Below, piece by piece: positions 49,395 through 60,064 of a stretch of DNA of 64,000 bases. Position 1 is the stretch's first letter, and each line of letters starts with the position of its first letter. Source of the DNA: a virus; the IMG/VR virus record IMGVR_UViG_3300044451_000434, positions 1 to 64,000 of that record; one strand, 5' to 3'. The notes below the pieces were generated by a model. The model ran no database searches. It was not told where the DNA came from and worked only from the letters and a program-made list of their open reading frames with translations. A program made the position numbers and the translations under genes.

Positions 49395-50851
49395 AATGTC
49401 ACAACCTGTACAATTGATGTATTATTTACAATCACAATCTTGTTGAAATTGCCCACAGAAACCGCCAAATTGCCAGATTTCAAAAATCTTACAGAAGAAA
49501 CAGGACCACCCATGAATCCAATTGATGTCAGAACTCCTGTCGATATTCTGAAAGCATTACCTGTCTGATCAAAGACAAAAACACCACCAGAATTAGCAGC
49601 CAATTTAACCGCAACCTGATTGGTGGTGGTACCGACGAAGACATCTGTCACTCCAACTGGTGATACCGCTGCAACATGCATCTTTTGTTGGATATCTTCC
49701 AAAGAAAAATAATACAAACCTTCAAATTCTGAAATTGCAATCGGTTTAGATGGAACAAATCCCAAAAATACCCTTGAATCTGTAATTTTGTAAAGCCTGA
49801 ATCCTGTATTGTATGGCTCTACAGAAACTATAGACGATTGCGTAGAAAGTTCAAAAAAATTAGAACTATCACTCAAGACCTGTACGGTTTTTATGGTACT
49901 CATGATTTCTCTCGGCTTATTACACCCGACGTCTATGGCTGTCACTGCGACATTCTTGACTCCGTCGCCTTCTGGCAGTGTGATTACATTGTCCAAGAAA
50001 GGCTGTCTTGGTTCTCCCTCATAATCCAAAACAATTTGACCATTATCATATCTGAAAATATTGAACTTACATGAAGAAACTGAAGTGGTTTCATCAAATG
50101 CATAAAGTTTGGCAATAATATCTTTAGAGTTGACATACAGAGCACCTTGAGCAAGTTCAATACTCAAATCTGGGCCTATTGTGTCCAATACGAAAGTTCC
50201 AGTGTTTCTGATTTTTAATTTTTCTATATTAACTGCAGAAGATATTCTATTTGCAGAGTCTCTTGTATATAGGGATATCATGCCATCATCGCAATTACCA
50301 ATCCTGCTTAGGTCTATAGAATATCTGTCTAGAAGCCTTACGGAATCTAGTATTGGGAATTGATAGATGCCTAGACTCTGACTTGAAAAATTCACAAACA
50401 ATCTCACATATTTATGTGTAGATTTCATTCTACCAAGATTGAGTTTAATAAAAAATGATCCGTTCAATTCTTGACCTGCTATCGGTTCCAAAACCTCAAT
50501 TTGATCAAGTTCGAATCCGTAAATTGAAACTGCTGAACGGTTAAAAGATATTTCAGATCTAAATCCATTTGAAGAAACCAATCGCACCCCTATATGCACT
50601 GAATTAGAATTCAAATAACTTGGCGGCAACCATGAAAATGAAGTTGATTGTGCAGGAACTGACGCAATAACTATCCATTTTGAATTTTGTGCATCTTTGG
50701 CATCAAGATTTAATGTTGTTAATATTTCAAATGTATAAGAGGCAATTTGAGAAGCCGTTAAAGAAGGTGAAAGCCAAGATATATCAACATTGGTGCAATT
50801 AATAACACTGCCGCCAACAGGCGTCAAAATGGAAGGACGAGGCACTGTCAC
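49391..50851 (-). CDS. Ig/FN3-like protein with short propeller-like C-terminus, 486 aa (GTG start)
   Basis: VDISWL..TSFSWLPP; LDTIGP..GALYVNS..DETTSV..LPEGDGVKNVAVTAIDVGCN matches the DTxPP..GDGxKxV..DxAGN Ig motif. Confidence 0.8.
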   Translation of the reverse strand: MTVPRPSILTPVGGSVINCTNVDISWLSPSLTASQIASYTFEILTTLNLDAKDAQNSKWIVIASVPAQSTSFSWLPPSYLNSNSVHIGVRLVSSNGFRSEISFNRSAVSIYGFELDQIEVLEPIAGQELNGSFFIKLNLGRMKSTHKYVRLFVNFSSQSLGIYQFPILDSVRLLDRYSIDLSRIGNCDDGMISLYTRDSANRISSAVNIEKLKIRNTGTFVLDTIGPDLSIELAQGALYVNSKDIIAKLYAFDETTSVSSCKFNIFRYDNGQIVLDYEGEPRQPFLDNVITLPEGDGVKNVAVTAIDVGCNKPREIMSTIKTVQVLSDSSNFFELSTQSSIVSVEPYNTGFRLYKITDSRVFLGFVPSKPIAISEFEGLYYFSLEDIQQKMHVAAVSPVGVTDVFVGTTTNQVAVKLAANSGGVFVFDQTGNAFRISTGVLTSIGFMGGPVSSVRFLKSGNLAVSVGNFNKIVIVNNTSIVQVVTL

Positions 50852-52083
50852 GAGTTCCTCCAGTAGGAGGCATCTCCGAACGCATTCTTCCTATCCTTGG
50901 GATCTGAAAATCCTCTGTAGGAAGGCAGGGGGCTATCATCTTCTGTCTTTATATTGTTTCCAAGACCTGCAAAATCTATTCCCTCAGCAACAAGATCAAA
51001 TCTAGTTATAGACATATCTATGCACTCATTTGGTACACTCGGATAGAAAGCAGCAATACCATCAGAAGTAAGAACTCCATCCGATATCAGTGGTTCGAAT
51101 TCTGCTTTGTAAACTCCAGCATCGGCATCTTCAGCAGACATAATCGAAGAGAACTTTTTGACACCTCGGGTTACCATATGAGCCATAATCTTGTCATTAT
51201 CTGAACCCAAGGCTCCTATAGAGCCAAGTTGTATAAGTCTCTTGACGCGCTCAGGCTGAAAAAACTTGAATCTAACCACCAACTTTTCTATTTCTTTTTC
51301 CTCACCAACCTCAAGAGCATCTATGTCGTCTGGAGTAGCCGCCCTACCCGACGGCATCACAATAACTTGTGAAGATATAACGGGGTACCCATTAAACCTA
51401 GGCGGATCTATTTCTAATGTTTCATCATTATCTTCGCCACTAGCGATCTTTACTTTAATGCTTGCTGAGTATGAAGGTGGTCGATAATTGGCCAAAACAT
51501 CGAGACTCATGGTTTCACTTCGCCCAAAAAAAGTCAAAACTTCTGCAAAAACCTGCTTTTGACCAGATGATGGACTGAGCACCCAAGGAACCAAAAATTC
51601 ATCCTTAGCGAAAAAAATAGGCCTGAATGCAGAAGCAAGATTGTTGTTTGTTATGGCGGATTTTTGACCAACCGCTATCCAGTCAGAGAACGCGACATCA
51701 TTCTCATTTTTAAGCCTTACTGCATATGTGCCAGGAGTTCCTATGATGCTGAGCATTACCATGCAATCTTCAACCTCTGCCACGAAACCGCCTTCACCAC
51801 TCGTGTCTATAAGTCTTGAGACATAATCCTTAGAAACACGCATCTTTAGAAATTCAGAATCAGAACTTGGAATCAACGAAGAGTTAAGAACATCCGTCAT
51901 CATACACTGACTAAAGGAAGACTTAGATTTAGGCGCCACTGGAACTATCTTACATGCAGAAGAGGCAATAACACAATCAAGACCAGAGCCATTCATAACG
52001 AACGATGTCAATCCCCCAGTCCAGTCGGAGACTGATCCAAGAGAAAAAGATTCTGGTCTAATTGGCGTTGGCATGGCTGTCAA
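50848..52083 (-). CDS. Hypothetical protein with Ig-like module, 411 aa (TTG start; ATG at 52074 is an alternative)
   Basis: AVRLKNE..FSDWI..PWVLSPSSGQKQVFAEV; 4-nt overlaps at both ends. Confidence 0.8.
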   Translation of the reverse strand: MTAMPTPIRPESFSLGSVSDWTGGLTSFVMNGSGLDCVIASSACKIVPVAPKSKSSFSQCMMTDVLNSSLIPSSDSEFLKMRVSKDYVSRLIDTSGEGGFVAEVEDCMVMLSIIGTPGTYAVRLKNENDVAFSDWIAVGQKSAITNNNLASAFRPIFFAKDEFLVPWVLSPSSGQKQVFAEVLTFFGRSETMSLDVLANYRPPSYSASIKVKIASGEDNDETLEIDPPRFNGYPVISSQVIVMPSGRAATPDDIDALEVGEEKEIEKLVVRFKFFQPERVKRLIQLGSIGALGSDNDKIMAHMVTRGVKKFSSIMSAEDADAGVYKAEFEPLISDGVLTSDGIAAFYPSVPNECIDMSITRFDLVAEGIDFAGLGNNIKTEDDSPLPSYRGFSDPKDRKNAFGDASYWRNS

Positions 52084-55000
52084 GAATCATACAAAGGCCT
52101 AGAACCACCTTCGCCGTCAACAGAAGACCACCTTCCAGAAGACGAATCGTAGGTCGAAAATCTGCACTCCGAACGGAAACCCGAAGGGTTATCTACACTA
52201 TATGAACTTCCTGCCCTCCCATCCTGCCAAGATATATAGAACAAGCCTAAATCAGAACCCGCTACACTCGGGTTTTTTGCATCAGATTGCAGGGAAGACA
52301 GGTATGATATTCTTCCGTCAACCCCTGACCAACTGATAGATCTTAAAAAATAAGAAGATGGATCGCACATTATCTCGGTATCACCTGAATCAAGTTGTTC
52401 AATAGAATTTGAGATTTTGGCTTCAACAGACACATAGTACCTAGTGTGAGGCAATATAGAAAGTCTCTGCAATTCAGAAACTCTTAAACTTGGTTCTATT
52501 ATTTCTGAAGAAATTGAAGACATGTCAGCAAAAGCAGATTGAACACTCGAAGGTGGGGAAAATCTAGGTATGAAACTAGCTGATATGGTGTTGCCTGGAT
52601 AGCACACAACGCCACCAGAGGGGAACGATCCCCTGCCCGCGTCCCAATAGGTGGGATAATTTAACGAATCAAACACAGCAATTGGATTTTTCTTTTCAGC
52701 ATCAGTGAATATTTTTGCCGTGAAATGAACCAATTTATTTTCAGAACCCCTATTTGTGTAAGAGGCTGGAACAGAACATCTTTGCTGCTTGACAAAAGGA
52801 CAGAATATGTAACCTTTCTTTTTTATAGACTGAGCTTGACCTGCAGCAGTTACAACTCTTATTTGGGTGTACATAGATTCAGATTTCTTTTTTACTCTGA
52901 AATCTATGGTGCGAAGATTTGCGCTGAGAGTAATGTATTCGCCATCAGCAAATCTTATGGCCCTTGATCCAGCAGACTCCCATTGCGTACCAGGCAGGCC
53001 AAGAATCCCATCAGTAACAGCCAAATCCGAAGGAGTGGCGACTATTGCAACTATTGGCGCAGAAAATGTTATTGTCGACTGAACAAATTCTTCCACATCT
53101 ATCGTGTTTCCAGAATGTATGACCTGTGTAGGTGCATGTATTATAAAAGATCTATATTGAGAACCAAATGCAAACCCTGCGATAGAAGTAACACCAGATG
53201 GCAGGGAGAGGTTAGAGGTTATCTCCCCGTTGATGAGACTTACATAGTCTGAAGGTTGCCTGCTTGGGAAAGACACAGGAGCAGAACCGGCACTTTCCTG
53301 CACAACAACAAGCCTGATACTTGCAGTTGTCACTGTTGGATTCGTTCCTGTGAGAACTCCTATTATAGATTGCCATGTGCTTTCATTTGACGAATCTAGT
53401 TGCTCCACATTTGGTCCTGATTTTTGACTTATGATGCCAACAGACTCCTGTTGAGTTGCAGAAACCATGGGCTGCAACTCAAGCTCCCATCTAATTACGC
53501 CCTGATTTTTTATATCTTGCGGTATTGAATCAAACTGGATTTCATAATCGTTAGATGCATCGAGTGCCTGACCCTCAGAACTTAATGTGTTTCCATTCAG
53601 AAGCCAGCCATTAGGATTTTGCGTTGATGATGCTTGATATAAAAGTTGTGAGCCGTCCTCAAGATAGAAATTGACAACAAACTTGAATGTTGATGTCTGT
53701 GTTGGTCTAACCGTAGCAAATACTCCACACCTAAAAAATCTAGTGGGCAAATATGGATCATAAGGATCAGCATCAAAAGTTCTTATGAAACCGACCGCCC
53801 TGTCTAGCAGGCAGCCGTCGGATATGTCTGGATCTTTACTACTGCTTACTGATGCTGCTATTCTTGAATTATTGCCGTTCCTTTCCTGCCATGCAACAAG
53901 CAGGCGCCCATCGCCATCAGCGGAAATAGACGGAACATTCGAAACATGATTGGGCCTAGATATAGCCTGTGAAACCTTCATAGCCTCATCCCAGTCTCTC
54001 ATCGAACATACATTTATCTGCCATGTGCCTGTTTCATTACTTTCATAGGCGACATGCAACTTTGCCAATTTATCAACAACTATGGCTGGACTCCGCTGAA
54101 TGCCTTCTCCTTGCCCAATCCTTGACACCGACAGCCCACCTGTAGTGAAAGGACTACCAAACTGACACACAGCAGGGAGCGCGAACACATACATTTCATC
54201 AACACTCTGTAGAGTGAATTCGTCATTCGCATACTCGGATGCAACGGCAGATACATGTTCTATAGCTATATTGCTTCTGAATGGATCTTTGTATGTATCC
54301 ACAATAAGGTCATTAATTTCTACAGTAATATTGGAGTTCTTCTGATATTTCAATACTCTTCTTGACAAGTTAGGTGCTGAAAGATAAACACGGAAGGGCC
54401 CTTGGAAGCAAACTATTGGGGTAGAACCTGCAACATCTTGCTCAGCTTCGCCACCTTGAATTAAATAACCATCAGCGTTAACAACTTTGGGGCTTTCAGT
54501 CGGATCAACTAAAGATGTGGCAAGAGATTTTGCGTCTGGTACATCAAAGCCGTCACCGTTTACTGCATGGTGATCTGACCGCAGATACAATTCAGAGCCT
54601 AGCGACAAGAATGTACCTGATGGCAGCGACAATGAGGCGCCCCAACTGACAAGTTGTCCGTCTTCCCTTAAGGCGACGCAATAGTTGCTGCCGCAACTCA
54701 CCGCGACAAATCTACCAGAAGGCAGCGAAGAAAGATCATGCCCACCAGGGGGCTCAACTCCGATGAATACAAGATTGCCTGTGCCATCCACACATACGGC
54801 AAAAGTAGAACCCACGGAAATGTCTCTCCACGAAGATCCTCGTGATGTAAGATCCGATGTAAAAGCCTCAACCACTGCGTCCTGTAATTCGACGTCAGGA
54901 GAATAAACTTCCTCAATCCTAACAAACCCCCTTAATATACCTGAATCTGAAATCATCAACATGATCAGCAAATAATTTAAACCATCATAACTGCTATGAG

Positions 55001-58000
55001 CGGCATTGGTCACCAAGGCAAGACAGCCACTATCCAAAGCATCACTAAAGAATTGTTTCAAGTCATCCGAAGATCCATCGGTTTGCAATTTGCCTTCGGA
55101 ATTAACATAAGCACAGCCATTGTCTGTTTCTGATATTTTAATATTCGCGGCACGCTTCTGATATAGTGGGTGGAGAGCAGAAAGACGAAGACTGCCGACA
55201 CCGGGAGTCAATTTGGCTGTTATTCCCATAAAATCATTTGTGCTTACCCTGACTATCTTGGCGCCCTGATCTCCGCCAAAAAACAAGAACGGACTGACCA
55301 TATCGACTGGACAAACTAGCGAACCGTCACCCCTATATGGCTCTATCCGCTTGGCACGCAAAAATATAGAATATTCAGTAGAGTCAGCAAACACTGCGCT
55401 TTGACTTATAGACCCAATTCCTCCGTGACCAATTTTGCCTCTGCGTACTTGATGCATCCATTGAAAATTGTAACTATCAGATTGATAAATCGAAGGAGAA
55501 AATTGGAAGTCAGAAGACGCATTCGGCTGAAGAACTACTGCTCTCGATTGACCTCCCTGCCTTGCAAACGACAGACCAGAATACATAAAACCTGTTGGTG
55601 ACGCCAACCAGTCATCAACTGCAGAAAAATTGAAAGCCATATTGATCCAGTCACCGGGATCTGAAGTCGCGCTCAAATAGTCTATGTTGCGAGCCTGTTC
55701 AAAAGAATTGGTCTGCTGAACAAATCCGCTTGGCATGCTCATGTCAAAAGCACTTAATTGAGAACCATTCGCCATAGACAACTTATTATCCGATATGTCT
55801 ATGGAACTTATTCTCACAGCAAATCTGCCTGCTGCCAAACCATTTCTGTAGCCAACGTCGTGATGGCGGAACCAAGATATCGAAGATATGAAAGACCCGA
55901 AACACAGGTCAAATTGTCTGCGACCATCAGAAACATCCACACGCCAATCGTGAGAGATTTGCGGGTCTCCGTTCGCCATGCAAAAAATCATGTTTCTGTG
56001 TGCTAACGGGACAAGATCTTCAGCTTTCTCTGGCCCTTCAAACCTGAGGGGATCAAGGTGTGCTCTAGATGTGCGTATGGCATGTTCGTGGTCTTTTATT
56101 AGCATGGATCCAACAGTCAACCTAAACTGTTTGGAAACATCTATGATGTGGCTTGACTCATGAATTTCAAACGCATATGGAACGCCGCCATTCCCAGATG
56201 AAGATTCGCTAGACACACAATATGCAACAACCTTTGCACGACCAGTATATGCTGTTCTCACCAACCCCTCATAATATCTATCACAAGACCCGCCAGCAGA
56301 CATAACTTCATTACACAAGTCATCCCAAGTTTGCGTATTCCTTGCAAAGAATCTGACTGTCTCAAGCATTACGCCAACAGTGTAATGACAAACCACCCCG
56401 TCGACACCATCAGCGGCAGGTCTTGTAAATGTCGATAAAGATGGAGTTCTCCAATACGATCCAACCATATCAGAACACTGAAGATTGAAGGAACTTGAAC
56501 CGCCACTTTCTAGGTATCCTAGTCCTGAAGTCTGAACAACCCCACTAGGGTTGTAGTGTATGTCGTTCAGTCGCAAACTAGAAATCAGCGGAATGAAGTC
56601 TGAAAATTCTCTTGCGCTCTTTCCTACTGACATGACGTTGTTATCAAAATTAAACAAACCATCATCTCGAACACTGAAGCCTCTCAAGAAATTCTTAAAT
56701 TCATCGTCCACTGCATCTTCAGAAGAATTTCTCAAGAATGCGCCTGTGCTAGGCATCTTTGTGTACACAAGCGCGTATTGCCAGTATTCTGATTGAGCAA
56801 TAGTAATTACAGCACTTCTTGCTGCATGCTTGACGAGTATTGAAGAATAAAATGTAGATGCATTATCTAAAGTCCTACTTGACAGAGATGCATGACGGCC
56901 CAAAACAGTACCGCGATCTGTTTCAACACCTAATATGTCTGTTGTAAATGATATAGAACATGTAGTTGGTCTATAATCTGGAGGTATTGCAACTAGATGG
57001 GCCGCTATGTAATCACCGACCCTGAAACCCGAAAGTTTGTTAGTGTCATCAGCCAATTCCGTATTTACAAAGATTCTATCTTGCTCGCCCCTGAAGAACG
57101 GAGATGTCCCATAGAAATCAGTTCTGATTTGCACTCCATCGCTAGCAGAAAAAACATCGGATATGACTGGATTGATTATTATTGCAGAGCCAGGCAGTAT
57201 GTGGGCATCAAATGAAAACGATGGCTGTATATCAATGTCTGCATCAACCATGTAGCCTATCGACTTATGTGTTCCATCAAACTGCCTTCCTGAATCATCA
57301 GTGTAGTATGGAATAATTGCGCAACATTTTGATTGAAGCGGACTGTAATCTAGGCACACCGAGTCTGACCTTGGCATTGCCACGGATGCCCCTGCATCTG
57401 CAACCTTTATCCACCCCGTCCTAATTGATATTGGAGTCGAGGATGCGGCAACAATCAACCTCACCTGGAAAATGTCGTCAACAGGATGAAGCATTAAGGA
57501 GAAATCAAAACTCTTCTTATCCGAAGAGAGTGTGAATTCGCCATTTGAAAAACTTGCACTACCTGCTCTGCTTGGGAATGTTATACCTGTAGGACTAAAT
57601 ATTTTGTCAGTGAAAGACATCTCAGACTTCTGCCCTGCTATTGACAATATAACTCCATTGAAAGATATTCTGCCACTGTATTGCTGATTTGAAGTATTGG
57701 CAGATGGGTCTATATGGAGGATAACAGTCTCGACTAGGTCTCCATTTGAGACTTGTTGAAATTGTGCTATATTCCCATCCGTGTCGAGCACATTGGAAAT
57801 AAAAGAACTTGGGTTATCTCCATCAAACATAATATTAAATGGACAGGCTCCCAAAAACTCTCTTTTTATATATGCGGAAGAAGACGGTATCACATTACGC
57901 AAAAAGTTTGAAGAGTTGAACGGCAACTCTAAAATTCCACTTGAAGACTCGAGCGACAGCACGGATGACACGCGTTTTTCTGGCGCAACAATAGGGCTTG

Positions 58001-60062
58001 TGTCTTCAGATGATGATCTACAGAAATCGGCAACAAGCGCTTTAGATGAAAATATAGGAGAATCTGGACCTATGACGGCATACGCAACAAAAGTGCCATC
58101 TCCGACATCTCGCTCCCAAGCTATATGCATGTTCCCATATCTATCATCAAACACGCGTGGGCGCCTATTATCTCCATTATAAGTCAGTTGCAGCCAAGAT
58201 CCGTTGGATGCCCGTTCCTTATCTATTGGAAGCTCAGAGTACATAAACAATTGGTTAAAGCTATCGACTTGACTCTGACACAACACGCGACAAGATGACG
58301 ATATGGCCGGATAAACACAGGATGCGGGTTGTCCAAGATTATCCTCACGAACATTCAAAGAAATTTCTGACACGGAGGCTGCTTCACTTTCCAAGCCAGA
58401 CAAGAACGCAACATGAACGCACGGGATGTCATCGGAAATGACTATGCCGCCCGGTCTGTTTATGCCAGGGCAAGCCTGAAGCCTCACTGAGTCTGAGCTA
58501 GATTTGACGTAAGAAAATACAGTACCCCTGAAGGGACCACTCAAGAATGCGAGCGTACCCATGTCGCTGACGCCATGTTCAGATAAATCTTTTATCGTGG
58601 TACACCTGAAAGTTGCCGATGCTCCACTGAATTGCTGAACAGTTATGGCGTTGCCACCCAAACTACTGAGAACCTGCCCAGCAAGAAGAGAGAACCTAGA
58701 CTCAGAATATACATCTATTCTATCATTAATAATTTCTGCATAAATCCCTGAAGACTTCAAGACGATGTCTTCGTTTATCTGGTCAGCAAGTGATTGCAAG
58801 GCAGAAGGAGACCATATTGCACTGAGAGATATCTCCTGACTTTCACGCAACCTTATAACTATAGCGGCGACTCCAGATGGATTTTGGTTTGGACGCACGG
58901 AATGCGTGAAGGCGGGAGGCTTAATAATCAGTCCACGTCCAATTGCCGCCGGCATCACCTTGGCTGCAGAAGATGAACTTGCCACAAAAACCTGTGTCAC
59001 AGGCATAGACTGCCTCACCGAGACATCGCAATCGCTAGCCTGCGAAGATTCTTCTATGTATGGCTTGCAGTATGAAACCCAAGCACCATGATTGAAGATA
59101 TTCAAACCCCTGTCATCCGAATCATGTGCAGGAAAAAGAGATGAATAAGACTGAGACTTAGGATCGAAGAATTTTGCAGCAACCGACACATGGTCGATGA
59201 GATTACACCCACCAGATATGGATGCAAACTTGCTGCTGAAACCTTCACCGACACTTATATATTGCGAGTCTAAATGTGTAAGTTCTTGCTCGGTTTCAGA
59301 CCCATAGGGGTCATACAGCCGACCAACAATAGCCAAATCAGAGCAAGGTGCCTCTTGAGATACAAACCTGAGACCTTGGTCTGGAGATGATGTTGGATCT
59401 AGAACCACACAACCAGGTCTTGCTGGATCATTTGTGGCGGCAAGTGTCCTCAGCACAGAAGGTACAAAGTGCACATCAGATCCACCGTAAAACCAGTTTT
59501 CTTCATTGTCAGATATGTTGATCGGAACACGAACCAATGAATATGCCGACATCTGATCTTGTGAGAAAATTTGGTTGGCGGTGAACTTAAATACAGACCT
59601 GCCTTTCTTGTTGGTGCGACCTGCATATTTCTTTTCTCCGATTCCTATTCTGAAAACTGACGAGGCAGGCCCGTCCACAACGATATTGCACTTGTCGCCA
59701 TGAGCCACAAATTCTGGAGAAGCGCGCACATAAAAATTTTTGCTCTTACCCGTTTTGGGCCTATTAACAAGGGTTGCACATATAGCCTCGGATCCAAATC
59801 CATCTTCCACATGGCAAAATATTGCGAAATCATCGCTAGTCGGACGAACCTTTACAACTCCAACAATAGACGCTGACTCAGCAGTTGATTTATGTAGCCA
59901 TGTCTTACCGCCATCGGTTGAGACTGGCAAAGAACCACCACGAGAGGCATCCTCTATAGAGAATTTGCAACCCACTGCGCCATCAAGATCTAAATTGAAA
60001 TGAACCTCCCTGCCACCTTGGTAAGATTTCACATCAGTAATGTAGAGTTTTGGCTGTTCCAT
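52080..60062 (-). CDS. 2660-aa multidomain structural protein (BNR-like blades, RCC1-like repeats, 2-3 copies of an internal beta module, two C-terminal repeat modules)
   Basis: RPRVFDDRYGNMHIAWE, SPAIVVDKLAKLHVAYES, PSISADGDGRLLVAWQE; RCC1-like DISVGSTFAVCVDGTGNL and AVSCGSNYCVALREDGQLVSWG (54640-54830). Confidence 0.9.
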   Translation of the reverse strand: MEQPKLYITDVKSYQGGREVHFNLDLDGAVGCKFSIEDASRGGSLPVSTDGGKTWLHKSTAESASIVGVVKVRPTSDDFAIFCHVEDGFGSEAICATLVNRPKTGKSKNFYVRASPEFVAHGDKCNIVVDGPASSVFRIGIGEKKYAGRTNKKGRSVFKFTANQIFSQDQMSAYSLVRVPINISDNEENWFYGGSDVHFVPSVLRTLAATNDPARPGCVVLDPTSSPDQGLRFVSQEAPCSDLAIVGRLYDPYGSETEQELTHLDSQYISVGEGFSSKFASISGGCNLIDHVSVAAKFFDPKSQSYSSLFPAHDSDDRGLNIFNHGAWVSYCKPYIEESSQASDCDVSVRQSMPVTQVFVASSSSAAKVMPAAIGRGLIIKPPAFTHSVRPNQNPSGVAAIVIRLRESQEISLSAIWSPSALQSLADQINEDIVLKSSGIYAEIINDRIDVYSESRFSLLAGQVLSSLGGNAITVQQFSGASATFRCTTIKDLSEHGVSDMGTLAFLSGPFRGTVFSYVKSSSDSVRLQACPGINRPGGIVISDDIPCVHVAFLSGLESEAASVSEISLNVREDNLGQPASCVYPAISSSCRVLCQSQVDSFNQLFMYSELPIDKERASNGSWLQLTYNGDNRRPRVFDDRYGNMHIAWERDVGDGTFVAYAVIGPDSPIFSSKALVADFCRSSSEDTSPIVAPEKRVSSVLSLESSSGILELPFNSSNFLRNVIPSSSAYIKREFLGACPFNIMFDGDNPSSFISNVLDTDGNIAQFQQVSNGDLVETVILHIDPSANTSNQQYSGRISFNGVILSIAGQKSEMSFTDKIFSPTGITFPSRAGSASFSNGEFTLSSDKKSFDFSLMLHPVDDIFQVRLIVAASSTPISIRTGWIKVADAGASVAMPRSDSVCLDYSPLQSKCCAIIPYYTDDSGRQFDGTHKSIGYMVDADIDIQPSFSFDAHILPGSAIIINPVISDVFSASDGVQIRTDFYGTSPFFRGEQDRIFVNTELADDTNKLSGFRVGDYIAAHLVAIPPDYRPTTCSISFTTDILGVETDRGTVLGRHASLSSRTLDNASTFYSSILVKHAARSAVITIAQSEYWQYALVYTKMPSTGAFLRNSSEDAVDDEFKNFLRGFSVRDDGLFNFDNNVMSVGKSAREFSDFIPLISSLRLNDIHYNPSGVVQTSGLGYLESGGSSSFNLQCSDMVGSYWRTPSLSTFTRPAADGVDGVVCHYTVGVMLETVRFFARNTQTWDDLCNEVMSAGGSCDRYYEGLVRTAYTGRAKVVAYCVSSESSSGNGGVPYAFEIHESSHIIDVSKQFRLTVGSMLIKDHEHAIRTSRAHLDPLRFEGPEKAEDLVPLAHRNMIFCMANGDPQISHDWRVDVSDGRRQFDLCFGSFISSISWFRHHDVGYRNGLAAGRFAVRISSIDISDNKLSMANGSQLSAFDMSMPSGFVQQTNSFEQARNIDYLSATSDPGDWINMAFNFSAVDDWLASPTGFMYSGLSFARQGGQSRAVVLQPNASSDFQFSPSIYQSDSYNFQWMHQVRRGKIGHGGIGSISQSAVFADSTEYSIFLRAKRIEPYRGDGSLVCPVDMVSPFLFFGGDQGAKIVRVSTNDFMGITAKLTPGVGSLRLSALHPLYQKRAANIKISETDNGCAYVNSEGKLQTDGSSDDLKQFFSDALDSGCLALVTNAAHSSYDGLNYLLIMLMISDSGILRGFVRIEEVYSPDVELQDAVVEAFTSDLTSRGSSWRDISVGSTFAVCVDGTGNLVFIGVEPPGGHDLSSLPSGRFVAVSCGSNYCVALREDGQLVSWGASLSLPSGTFLSLGSELYLRSDHHAVNGDGFDVPDAKSLATSLVDPTESPKVVNADGYLIQGGEAEQDVAGSTPIVCFQGPFRVYLSAPNLSRRVLKYQKNSNITVEINDLIVDTYKDPFRSNIAIEHVSAVASEYANDEFTLQSVDEMYVFALPAVCQFGSPFTTGGLSVSRIGQGEGIQRSPAIVVDKLAKLHVAYESNETGTWQINVCSMRDWDEAMKVSQAISRPNHVSNVPSISADGDGRLLVAWQERNGNNSRIAASVSSSKDPDISDGCLLDRAVGFIRTFDADPYDPYLPTRFFRCGVFATVRPTQTSTFKFVVNFYLEDGSQLLYQASSTQNPNGWLLNGNTLSSEGQALDASNDYEIQFDSIPQDIKNQGVIRWELELQPMVSATQQESVGIISQKSGPNVEQLDSSNESTWQSIIGVLTGTNPTVTTASIRLVVVQESAGSAPVSFPSRQPSDYVSLINGEITSNLSLPSGVTSIAGFAFGSQYRSFIIHAPTQVIHSGNTIDVEEFVQSTITFSAPIVAIVATPSDLAVTDGILGLPGTQWESAGSRAIRFADGEYITLSANLRTIDFRVKKKSESMYTQIRVVTAAGQAQSIKKKGYIFCPFVKQQRCSVPASYTNRGSENKLVHFTAKIFTDAEKKNPIAVFDSLNYPTYWDAGRGSFPSGGVVCYPGNTISASFIPRFSPPSSVQSAFADMSSISSEIIEPSLRVSELQRLSILPHTRYYVSVEAKISNSIEQLDSGDTEIMCDPSSYFLRSISWSGVDGRISYLSSLQSDAKNPSVAGSDLGLFYISWQDGRAGSSYSVDNPSGFRSECRFSTYDSSSGRWSSVDGEGGSRPLYDS

Positions 60063-60064
60063 GG

